NCBI RefSeq assembly: GCF_009914755.1
Contig: NC_060937.1
DNA: 64,000 nucleotides
Direction: 5' to 3' (one strand)
From: the human T2T-CHM13v2.0 reference genome, Homo sapiens
This document shows positions 42,893-55,470 of the stretch, piece by piece; within the stretch, counting starts at the first letter, position 1, and the number at the start of each line of letters is the position of its first letter. The position numbers and the translations under genes are program-made. Below the pieces are notes generated by a model. It was not told the DNA's origin and searched no databases. It worked only from the letters and a program-made list of their open reading frames with translations.

Positions 42893-43125
42893 GTTCATTT
42901 GTTTCTTCATATTCCAAAACATTTATTGAACGACTGAGTTAGATTCTGTCGATGTAAAAAGAAATGCGTAAGACCTGGTCGCTACTCAGAAACGGATCAT
43001 AGTTTAGGGAAAAAGACATGGATAAAAATGCAATGTGCCAAGTTTGAAACTGAGATGTTCAGAAGATAGATGGAGGCATAACAGCTGAATTCAAGAAGTG
43101 GTGTGGAGATAGCTTGAGCTGGACA
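42893..43125 (-). mobile_element. L2 3' end, antisense
   Basis: ttcatttgtttcttcatattccaaaacatttattgaa...aagacctggtc...catagtttaggga. Confidence 0.6.
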
Positions 43126-43441
43126 TATCATTTTGTATAATTAAATCTGTGTTTAGCATAGAAAAAAGAGAGGACCTAAACAATACTAAGTTATTTTCAA
43201 ATACTTAATAAAAATTATGACTGCACAGGATAGTAACACATGAATTGTGTGCTGCTCTTCCTTATCCATGCTTGAGGCAATGGATAATGCTCTTTCACTT
43301 TGTACGCTCAGTGGGCACTGCTATTTTCTTTGGTGGTTAGCAGAACTAAAATCAGTAACATTTATAATATAAGCCCAGCTTTGTATTTATAAGCTTATAT
43401 TTTTCAACTCTTTGCACCTGGTGAAGATTGTATGTAAAATC

Positions 43442-43541
43442 TATATTATATATACATATATATATGTGTGTGTATATCTATTTATCCATCTATCTATGTA
43501 TCTATGTATCTATGTATCTATGTATCTATCTATCTATCTAT
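43442..43541. repeat. Compound (TA)/(TG)/(TATC/TATG) microsatellite
   Basis: Visible low-complexity run. Confidence 0.9.
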
Positions 43542-43559
43542 CACTCATTCCAAGGCCAG

Positions 43560-43760
43560 TGTTTCTTTTGGCGGTGGGGTTAAGAGTGCAGACTCTGGGT
43601 CCATCACACTATCTGGTTGCCTAGCTTCTCTGAGCTTCAATCTCATTGTCTGTGAAATGGGAAGAACAATACTGCCTGCCTCACATGACAGTTGTGAGGC
43701 TGAAATGAGCTCAGCACAGAGTCTGATGCTTGGATATTTCTCACTAAGTGCTCACTGTCA
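43560..43760 (+). mobile_element. MIR SINE
   Basis: ggttaagagtgcagactctggg...cttctctgagcttcaatctcattgtctgtgaaatggg. Confidence 0.75.
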
Positions 43761-43896
43761 TTCATGGGGTAGGGATAGCTCTGGAGGTCTGGATAGCTGT
43801 GGCTGTGGAGTCTTAAGGCCTGGCTAGGATCGCCTGCTCTGTCATGTACTTGCCTTGCATTTTGATCACTTTTGTTTGTTTGTTTGTTTTTACCAT

Positions 43897-44379
43897 TGAT
43901 GAAGGAGAGATTCCCGCCCTAGAGTTACGGGGATGGCCTGACACACAACACCAGACATTAGACAGGCGAGATTAACAGCAGTTTCTTAGTTACAGATTCT
44001 CACAGCCTGAGGCAGGAGGACACTGGCCCATGCAGGGTTGTCACACAGGGGCTGCATTAAGGAACATTTTGAACAAACAAGAGCTGTGGGAGGCAGGCTT
44101 GGTAGTATCAAGAAGGCACGGTGGCTCATGGCTCCCAAAGGAGGATGTGATTGGCTTGTTTGAATAATTTTGTGGGCTGACAGGGAACAGGAGCCTGCTA
44201 CTCAGGGAGGAGCAGGAGCTGCGTTTGGTCCCTGTGATAAGGAGGGTTGTTTTGCTAGAAGACCTTGTCAATGGAGCAGAGTGGGGAGGGCAACTTTTCA
44301 TTAGGCTGTTCAAGGCCTTTTCAATTTTATCAGATGTTAAGGAACCACATAATATTGAACCTTCGTTTCAGGTCTTATA
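43897..44379 (-). mobile_element. ERV1-class solo LTR (MER31-like)
   Basis: 483 bp, TG start, 4-bp TSD CCAT (43893-43896 and 44380-44383); gatgtgattggcttgtttgaataatt CCAAT region. Family name from memory. Confidence 0.7.
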
Positions 44380-44656
44380 CCATACTCTTTGACTGAGAAA
44401 TTTACTTTCATTTCATTGCAACTCTATTTCTTCCTTTCTAAAAACAATATGGCTTTAAATGAATGGGTCTTATTAACTACAGTCTTCATAAATATGGAGT
44501 GTTATTAGGTAAGCTATTATTGACTATGATTTGGAAGATATTGATGGTATTCTGGTTATAATGTTCCAGAAAATATATCTTGATAAACTCCATTGCATAA
44601 GTCAAGGTCATGCTTTCATTCTTACTGAAGCGTCCTTCTTTCCTTTTTGTTTTTAG

Positions 44657-44698
44657 AATCAAGAATTATGTGTCAACATAGAAAATTAATGAGTTTCA
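44657..44698 (+). other. Candidate 42-nt exon, unverified
   Basis: tccttctttcctttttgtttttag acceptor; TCA|gtaagt donor. Confidence 0.3.
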
Positions 44699-45206
44699 GT
44701 AAGTTTTGCAATAATATAACAAACATAATTGTGAAACTTAGTCATATCACTTTGGAAATTGAAGCCCAAGGGGTGTGCACTTCTAGAAAAGTATGAATAT
44801 AATAAAATTTACCTTGTAGGGAGTAGATACCAGTTAATGTTTCTCACTGATTATGCTTCTCATGTCAATATTTGCATCTGAAAAATAATATCAAAGTTAT
44901 GAAGAACTATATTATTAAGATTTCTTCTCTCACCTTATCTACTTTCCTCACTCTAAGCCTAACTTATAATTTAATTTTTCATTTTTGCTACATTCTATTA
45001 ATAGCAGTGAATACTTATATCAAAGAGAAAAAATACATGCACATATGTAAAATATTTTCATTGTGTGTTTGTGTGTATGTATGTGTATGTATAATAGCAT
45101 AAGCTTTCTGAATCTACAGACTAGGTATGAAAGGTTAACAACTTACCCCCACACTGTGGTATACATTTGTATGAGGTGATTTACAGGGACAAAGGTGCCT
45201 AATCTA

Positions 45207-45578
<372 letters not shown>

Positions 45579-46976
45579 TCAAGACAATCCAGACTCTAGG
45601 GGAGATTATGAGAATCTATCCTGAGGGAAGAAGTTTCTGGAACAATGAACCACACCTGGTGACAGAAGCTGAAGCTGAGGGACAGCAGGGTTTCTAGGTC
45701 AGTCACCAACTAATTCTGCTCTTGCTTAGACCTTGACTGTTTGTGCACAGCCTTATAAATGTGAACTATGAAAGGCTCAAATCCTGGGGGCCAAACAGTT
45801 CTGCAAGGGGACCCCCTCAAAGTGGGGGGGACATAGAGGAAGGGGTTAGTTTTCAAGTGGCCAAGAGAGGGAAGCACAAGGTGGTGGGGAGCAGCAGGTT
45901 GACCTCAGGGTGAATTCTGATGGACAGATGGGGTCCGAGGTTAGGTCAGAGGTCAGGATGAGGCCCAAGTTTGGGGGAGCCCTGAGGCAGACAAATACAA
46001 CCTAAGAAAGCTTCAGCAAGCTGGGGCAGACTTCCATCCTCCAGAGAAGCCTGAGAAGAGACACTAAAGGAAATGGCAGATGGCGGCTCACAACAGTGTG
46101 GGAGTGGCACTGGAATGGCTCCCAGGGGCGCTTGGAGCACATGGGGGCACCTCTTGAGGACTGCCTGAGATACCAGAGGCAGAAGCAAACCAGGAAAAGT
46201 GAAGGCTACCCAAGATCTTGAAGTTATATTTGTGGAAAGGAACCTCTGACGGAGCCATGGGTGGGTTTATTAATGTAACTTCATTTGTGGTTAGAGTGAG
46301 GTGTCCTTGGTCTTTCAGACTCTGACCACATATAAAATCACATTTATTTTATTTTATTATTTTATTTTATTTTTGTTCTTTTTATTCTTATTTAAAATCA
46401 TATTTATTTTAATTTGAAAATGATAGTAACTGAGTTCTGACCTTACTTGCGGCAAATCTTATTTTGTTCCTCCTTCTGTTATATCCAAGAATGTCAAGTA
46501 TGATTACTGAAAACAAAAAGTTAGTGCCCATTAGTCTTGTCTTCCACTAATTCCAGGTAGTTGGAAGTATTGCTTTGTTTGCCAATGAGAGTTTTTTTCT
46601 ATTGCTAATAAGTGTCCATTGCTGTGGCTGTGGGTGGAAATGTTCCTTCCTCGCCCTGGTGTTAGGTTTAGACAGAGGTGTGACTCTTGCTTATGGTGAA
46701 TTTTATCTCAGGGTCCTCTCCAACCTGGCCTGAGTCAGGGCTAACTCAACAGGGTTCAGTAACATGGAACTCAGGCTTTGTGTTCTCAATACTTTCCATC
46801 CCAGAAGACTCCTTAGAAGCAAATTTCCAACAACCTCAACCTTTACTTACCAAACCTATGGGTAAGGGACAGAGTGATTGCATCCACTTACTACCCAAGC
46901 TCAGATTCTAGTTAACAATCTTGTTGTATACTCCAAAGATAAAGTGTTGAGGACTTGCTTCAGACTTGTATGATTA

Positions 46977-47402
<426 letters not shown>

Positions 47403-47844
47403 TTAAAAAGTAAAGCCTCCCTCTGCAGCTATTTCATATCTATAAGACCTCAATAACATTCCTGTGTGCTAACTCATTCATACTGCCACACAGCATTGGT
47501 TATAGGAACATGTTAAAATCACACTGGACTTTGGTAGTAATTCCAGATCTTCCCCAGCCTGCTACTTCTGCAAAAAGGTAGATAAGTCCCTCACTGGCCT
47601 GAAAGACAGAAGACTCTGGGATGGGCTAGTGGATGTGGACCACTCTTGAGCTGCATGACCACAGAGAAGTTACCTGCCCACTACAGATATTTACAGAATT
47701 AGGAGGTTTGGACAATGAGCATCAAAATGTATTCTTTGACACATTTGTCCATCTCTTAAGCATTCTTAATATGTAAATGTAGATAATGCTATCATTAGTC
47801 ACAGGATTATGTTCTATATTGAAGTAAAATTAATTCTAATGACA

Positions 47845-48050
47845 GTTATAGTAATAATAAGAATTCTTTTTTGAGTGCTTAGTATTTTAGGTACTGTAAT
47901 TTGCATGAATTATCTTATTTCATTAAGGTGTGCATTAAGTATACATTACTATATCCATTTTATAGAAGTTGAGTAACTTGTCCCAGTCATTTATCCAGTA
48001 GGTAGCAGATCCCAGATTTAAATCTAGGCCTGGGCTCTTACTATGTACAT
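47845..48050 (-). mobile_element. MIR SINE
   Basis: atccattttataga...gagtaacttgtcccagtca...ggtagcagatcccagatttaaatctagg. Confidence 0.75.
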
Positions 48051-48251
48051 GTAGTGCCTGCAGAAAAACACACAAACCAAAGCTCCAGCATGATTTAGCT
48101 ATAAAATCATGTTAGGCTTGCATCTACGAGTAAGAAACTGAAATCTAAACCAAGAAATGAGGTCATAAAAGAGGAGACCAGGAATAAATTGTGTAGAAAA
48201 TAAAAAGAAAAAGATCCATAAGAGAAAACATCTTGTAAATTTGCTTTATAG

Positions 48252-48331
48252 TGACCCAAATTGACCACCTGCCCTCAGGGGCGAAGCAACAAGATTGATT
48301 TGCGTAAATAAATATTGACGTGGCAGGAAGT
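48252..48331. promoter_or_regulatory. Candidate enhancer: DR4, ONECUT, C/EBP, FOX, TGACGTGG and ETS motifs
   Basis: TGACCC-aaat-TGACCA 48252-48267; ATTGATTT 48294-48301; TTGCGTAA 48300-48307; GTAAATA 48304-48310; TGACGTGG 48316-48323; CAGGAAGT 48324-48331. Confidence 0.45.
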
Positions 48332-48564
48332 CAGACACATGAATTATGTGAGTAAGTATATCTATTGTATTTTAAACAAAGCAGCACCAAAAGCAATCTG
48401 GGAAGAAAACTGTTGCAGCAGAATGGAGACTCCATTCTGCCGATATACTTGCACTTCTAAAGTGATGTGCAGAATGATGCCTTTGCCCTAAGCCAATGCT
48501 CCTTCCAGATTTTTCCATTTCCCTTAGCCTGACACGTTCGTTGGACATCTCACAGACTTTTTTT

Positions 48565-49224
<660 letters not shown>

Positions 49225-50727
49225 TGACAGCCTTCTGCAATGAAAAGGAGCCATGATATAGCTAATATATTAATATATAGCTTTGAGATGCATTATGTGA
49301 CTTTTGAAAATCATCCTTTTATATCATCCTTATTATGTTTGTCTAAGACCATAATGGGTTTGTGTTCCCTGAGTAAAAACTTGAACACTGTGGAAAGATA
49401 ATCAGGAGTGTGGTGAATGACTCTGATTTTTAAGTTAATATAGATGATCTTCAGAGTAAATAATCCACACCTGCAAAATTAATCATTTAAACCCTTTCTC
49501 TATATACTGGATTAGATGGTTGAGCCATAATGTTATTCTGCACAGGAATAATACTTCTTGTGGAGCTATTTGTCATTTGTCTGTGTATGGTGGTTAAAAC
49601 ATTTTCTTTTCTTTTGGAAATAAATAAAAGGTAGTTCAGAATGCAGAGAATTATAATACAGCCAAATATAGAGATGGAACAGAATCCAGTGGAGAGGCTG
49701 GTGTTTTATAAAGAGCTTTTAAATTTTGCTTTGTACTTCATTATTCTATACTGGGGGAAAATGTGTTTACAGTCATGGACCAACTAAATTGCTCCAATTA
49801 CCCCAAGGCTCCAAATATCATCTTCCCCATGCAGAATCAAAACTTTCATTTATCATTATTTGCTTATTTCCTTATCCCTTTATTTATTTATTTGGGATTC
49901 ACCAAGGTCCAGAAGATTTGCATGATGATCTTACAGGGGGTTCTGTAAATTCTCTCTTTTCTGCTACTTTGTGCTTCAGGGGCCATTTGCAGGTGACTGT
50001 GCCAGGTTCCTTGATTGCCAGCCATCTGGTGTAGGTTTCGCCTCTGAGTCTTAGGGCCCTAGAGCCTCAGCAGTGGATTTACCACCAATTCTGATATAAA
50101 ACAACGATTTGGCCAACTTTGATGGCCTTTAAACTGTCAACTACCCTCTGGTTTGCCTGGACTTCCATAGATTCATCTGTGGTTTGATTTCTGGAAAATA
50201 AATGTCAAGGTATTTAAACATACACTTTTGGTCACATCCAAATTAGTGTGTATTTCATTTGCATTTAAAGAGCTTAATCATGGAGCAATTGTGAACAAAT
50301 TCTATATGGCTATCCAGAATGAATCAAAACAACCTTACTGAGTCATTTGAGTAATGAGTTGGATATGGTTCTAAGAGCAATCAGTCCATGAATTGTAATT
50401 AAAAGAATTTAATGTTCACAAGGATGGTGTGTTGTATAGTTTCTGAAGGATTGTTATCACATTTATGCCTGATAAATATATTCTTCATGAAAATGCTAAG
50501 GCAATATTAATGTACTGAACTAGATGGGGTTATAAGGAATAATTAATTGAAATGATTTCATAGGCTTCTGCAAACCGAGTAGGTTGTGTAAACAATCTTT
50601 CAAATTAGAATGGGCCCATAGGCCTAGAGCTGAAGAAGTATACGAATATACCTACAATTTCTGACAATAAGAAAGGAAAAAATGTTATTCTTTCTATACT
50701 TTTTTAAAGTTCCTGGAATTTCCTACC

Positions 50728-51082
50728 TGATATGGTTTGGCTGTGTCCCTATCCTTCACCTTGAATTGTAATTCCCTATAATCCCCAAGTGTTAAGGGTG
50801 GGACCAGGTGGAGGTAATTGAATCATGGGGGTGGTTTCCCCTATGCTGTTGTCGTGATAATGAGTGAGTCTCACTAGACCTAATGGTTTTATAAGCGTCT
50901 GGCATTTCCCCTGCTGGCACTCACTCTGTCCTGAAGGGCCTGCTTCTCCTTTGCCTTCCATCAGGATTGTAAGTTTTCTGAGGCCTCCCCAGTCCTGCAG
51001 AACTGTGAGTCAATTAAACCTCTTTCCTTTAAGTTACCCAGTCTCAGGTACTTCTTCATAGTGCTGTGAGAATGGACATACA
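50728..51082 (+). mobile_element. THE1 (D-like) solo LTR
   Basis: tgatatggtttggctgtgtcc...ca; TSD ctacc/ctact; TAATTGAATCA at 50815-50825. Confidence 0.93.
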
Positions 51083-51269
51083 CTACTTTTGGCTACATCC
51101 TTAACCTAACATAGCTGGAAAAACATTGTAGAAATCTTGTGAATTGGTTAAATATTTGATAAACTCATTGAAAATGTGGCCAAATGTAGAGATAGAAAAT
51201 TAATCCATAGTTTAAAAGTATAGACTATGTATATACTAGACTTGCTATATACTAGACTTGTATATAGCA

Positions 51270-51510
51270 TAAATAAGTCTAGATATCTCATGTAAGACAT
51301 GATGACTGTGGTTAACAAAACTGTACTGGACTCAGAATTTTTGTTAAATAAGATTTTAGCTGTTCTTGTCATAAAAAAGTAACTTGTGAGATGACAGATA
51401 TGTGAATTTGCTTCACTATAGTAACGATTTTACTATCTATATGTACCCCACAACATCATGTTGTAAACCTCAAATATGCACAATAAAATTTATTTAAAAA
51501 ATAAAAAAAC
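51270..51510 (+). mobile_element. 5'-truncated L1 (L1MA/PB-type) 3' end
   Basis: gtgagatgacagatatgtgaatttgcttcactatagtaac...acatcatgttgtaaacctcaaatatgcacaataaaa plus A tail. Confidence 0.85.
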
Positions 51511-51799
51511 CTCATAGGTTGGAAATAAATATGTATATCAAGTTGATATAAATTATTGCTAATGATTTTAAAATCATTTATACCCCTTGCTCCAGGGGAC
51601 ATAAATAGGAATATTTTTCTCTGTATCAAACACACTGATAGGGAGACCTAACATTTTAAAATGCTATTCAAGCATTTATCTAGAAAGATAAGTAGGGAAT
51701 TTCCGTCTCCCTAAATCTCATCTCCTCTACCAAAAGGCACTATGTATGAAAATATGAGTGTATAATATATAAGCTCTTAGAACATGAACACAATGGATA

Positions 51800-51975
51800 A
51801 AAGACTATTAGAAATTAAAGGGATCTTAAAAACCATTTAGCTGAAACCCTTTATTTTATAGATGAGGAAACTAAGGACTAAATAGCTGAAGGGATCTCCC
51901 TAAGATTTTAACAGAAACAGAATCAAAATGGAGCTCTGGTTTTCCATATCCTAGGCCGTTGCTTTTTCCACATGC
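51800..51975 (-). mobile_element. MIR SINE
   Basis: attttatagatgaggaaactaagg core. Confidence 0.75.
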
Positions 51976-52388
51976 CAGGTGAAAGTGGAAAATTAAAATT
52001 TAAAACAATTTTATGTTTACTGAGGCCCAACTCAGCAAGGAAGCCAATAAGAGGTCACCAAAAACTTGAAATGTCACTTTTAAACTTGGTGTGTAATTTC
52101 TTTTTTTGGTTCTTTCTCTTTTTTTTGTAGTATATATGACATAAATGACAGTATCTCTTTGGGGCTAAATTAATTGTTTGCCATTTTACTTTCAGTGAGA
52201 TTAGAAAATATCTTTAGTATTGATACAAACTATCTTTTTATTTAAAATTATCTGTAATTTCTATATCATTCAAAATATTGTATAGGCTGTATAATTCAGA
52301 CCCATAGCATGAATTCAATGATCCTCTTCCATTAGAAGCACTCAATCTACATATAAGAACGTTAAAGATATTAGATTGCTAAATGTAC

Positions 52389-52710
52389 TGCTATGATCTG
52401 AATGTTTTTCTCCCCCCACTAAATTCATATGTAGAAATCTAATCGACAACGTGATGGGACTTTGTGGTGGTGATTAATCCCCTCATATAAAAGACCTCTG
52501 AGTGCTGCTTTGTCTCCTTCTGCCACGTGAGGATACGGTGAGAAGAGGCTTTTTATGAATGAGGAAGCAGGACCTCACCAGACAGTGTGTCTACCAGTCC
52601 CTTGGTCCTGGAGTTCCCAGCTTCCAAAACTGTGAGAAATAAATTTCAGTTGTTCATAAGCTATGCATTTTTATGGTATTTTGTTATAACAGCCAGAGCA
52701 GATGAAGACA
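52389..52710 (+). mobile_element. MLT1A-type solo LTR
   Basis: tgctatgatctgaatg...gacctcaccagaca...cttccaaaactgtgagaaataaatttc. Confidence 0.88.
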
Positions 52711-52769
52711 GACACATACAATATCCTGAGATCATTCTTCCAGTCTTCAACAGATTCTTCCCCTTCTCT

Positions 52770-53290
52770 TGTCTACAACACTCAATCTGTCACCAAATCC
52801 TGCTATTTTTTACCTATTAAGTATCTGCCAACAAGTGCCCCCTTCCTTACTCTTTCTGGGCAGCTGTGCTAGTCCAGGCTGTATCACCTCTGGGTAGATG
52901 CTTGCTGCAGCCTCTTAATTGACCACCAGTTTCTGTCCTCTTTGGTCCGTCTCATACAGTTCAGGTTTCTTTACATCACCAAGTTATTTTTCTAAATTTC
53001 CAAACACTCCATAGCTTAAAAACTGTCATTGTTTCCCGTCATTGAGGTGCTAAAGCCCTAGTTCCATTGCAGCCACATATAATGTTTTTTTCTTCTTTAA
53101 ACCCATGTTTCTATCTTTTCTGCCAGCCTGATCCCTGATCCTTAACATCCCAGCCACGCCGTACATCTCTACTCACGTGATCTTTTGGACTTCCTCTTCT
53201 GATTCCTACTTTTCCTCCATCCCAGCTAGTCTGGCAAATACCTTCATCTTCAAGATGCACTTCATTCTCTATGCTCGCTTGATAGCATTG
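52770..53290 (+). mobile_element. L2 fragment
   Basis: caatctgtcaccaaatcctg...ctagtccaggctgtatcacctct...ctggcaaataccttcatcttcaag. Confidence 0.6.
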
Positions 53291-53407
53291 CATTCTCATT
53301 TGTTACATTTTGCTCTCAGTACATGTAAGTTTAGAGATGTATTGTTTTTGTGTTTGCTTTTTTTGGCTGTGTGTTCCCATTACTTTTTGCTTTGTGGAAC
53401 CCAAATA

Positions 53408-53631
53408 TAGTTGATCCTCATTATTCAGATTCCACATTTGAAAATGTGTCCTGCATACTAAGATTTATTTGAAACCCCAAAATCAGTACTCATGCACTTT
53501 CATAGTCATTTGTGGAATGGCAAACAATTTGAGTTGTGGGATATGCATGTTCTCAGCTGGGATCACGCAAAGCAACAGACACTTTGCCTTCTTGCTTCAG
53601 CTCTCATACTATAGATGTCCTTTTTGTGCTC
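53408..53631. mobile_element. TcMar-Tigger MITE fragment (MER44/Tigger7-like)
   Basis: agttgatcctcattattcagattcc...tttatttgaaaccccaaaatcagtact...ttgccttcttgcttcagctctcatact. Confidence 0.75.
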
Positions 53632-53952
53632 TGTATTAGCCTGTTTTCACACTGCCGATAGACATACCTGAGACTGGGGGAAAAGAAAAAGAGGTTTAAT
53701 GGACTTACAGTTCCACATGGCTGGGGAGGCCTCACAATCATGGTGGAAGGCAAGGAGGAGCAAGTCACGTATTACATGGATGGCGGCAGGCAAAGAGAGG
53801 AGCACTTGTGCAGGGAAACTCCCGTTTTTAAAACCATCAGATCTTGTGAAACCCACACACTATCACAAGAACAGCATGGGAAAGTCCTGCACCCACGATT
53901 CAATCACCTCCCACCAGGTTCCTTCCATGACACGTGGGAATTGTGGGAGTTA
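53632..53952 (-). mobile_element. THE1 (A-like) solo LTR lacking its 5' end
   Basis: tgtattagcctgttttcacactgccgata...gttccacatggctggggaggcctcacaatcatgg. Confidence 0.93.
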
Positions 53953-54394
53953 TTCTCTGAGATTGTTTAATCATTTTTAAAATGGTTGTGAATAGCATCT
54001 ACCCTGTCTATGTCACTGGCTTGCCGAGAGCAATGAAGAAAGACTGACATGACAGATGTGAATCATGTCTGTAACTGGCAAGATGTTGAACAAATGTTTA
54101 GATACATTATTACAATGCATTTGCAGTATTCCTTGAGTGAATAAGGCCCACTCTCTGCTGTAGCAGCTGCTTTTCCAACTCTATCCATTCCCTTCCCTTC
54201 TCCATGCCCTTTCTGACATTTTTATTAACACTTCTACCTAGAAGAAAGACTATTAAGCCTTTTGTATGTGGTCTTTAACAGTTTGCTTCAGCACATACCT
54301 GTAGGCTGACTGCCTTCCAAATTTCCACTGGGCTCTACTATCATTTTATCCTTTGACCTGGTCACATTAAACAAGACAAGACTAATTGATTAAT

Positions 54395-55470
54395 TAATTT
54401 ATTCATTCAATAATTATTGAGCATCTCTTCTGTACCAGTAATTATGGTCAGAGATGGAAATGCAATGATGAGTAGGGAGAGGATGAGGCCCCTGTCCTAA
54501 CAGAGCTTCCAGGCAACTGGGGTGGGGTAATTAGCCTCAATAATAAAACAAACAGCACATGAAAAAGAGAACACGACCCCATGAGCACTTGGAACAAAGA
54601 CAGCTGACCCAGAGGGTTGGTTTGAAGGGAGTGATGACAGCCTGAAAAAGTGACACATGATCTGATGTCCAAAGAATTAGTTGGGGCTAAGTTGGTGAAT
54701 GAAGTTGAAATAGGGTTAGGAGAGAGCTTTGAATATACCAAATGGGTGCGCAGTCTGTGCAAAGCCCCTGTGGCAAGCTGGAGAGTGGCACATTTAAAGA
54801 AGTGAAAATAATTGGCATGGCTGAAGAGCAGTAAGCATTGGGAGACTGATAGGAGAAAGGCTGGAAGTATAGGAGGAAGCAGACCCCTCAGGGCCTCAAA
54901 GGCCATGTTGGTGGTTTGATCAATATCCTGGGAGCTGTGGCAGACTATTCAGGGGTTTTAAACATAGGGTTTACATTAGCATATTGTCATTCTGAAAGGA
55001 TCATGGGGTGATATGGTTTGGCTCTGTCCCCACCCAGATCTCATCTTGAATTGTAGCTCCCATAATTCCTACCTGCTATGGGAGGGACCTGGTGGGAGAT
55101 GATTGAATTGTGGGGACAGTTTCTCCCATACCGTTTTCATGATAGTAACTACATCTCATGAGATCTGATAGTTTTATAAGGGGAAGCCCCTTTCACTTGG
55201 CTCTCATTCTCTCTTGCCTGCTGCCATGTAAGACGTGCCTTTCACCTTCCACCATGATTGTGAGGCCTCCCCAGCCATGTGGAAGTGTGAGTCCATTAAA
55301 CCTCTTTTTCTGCATAAATGATCCAGTCTCAGGCATGTCTTTATCAGCAGCATGAAAAAAGACTAATACACTGGGCTTGCTGTGTGAAGAATGGATTGTA
55401 GAGAGGTGGGAGCAGCCCGGAGGAGACCTAGGGAGACCTTAGGTAGCAAGCTGTTATAATTATCCAGGAA
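54395..55470 (-). mobile_element. L2, interrupted by THE1
   Basis: attcattcaataattattgagcat...gtgcaaagcccctgtggca...gctgtgtgaagaatggattgtag. Confidence 0.8.
55009..55370 (+). mobile_element. THE1 solo LTR
   Basis: tgatatggtttggctctgtccccacccagatctc...gactaataca. Confidence 0.95.
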
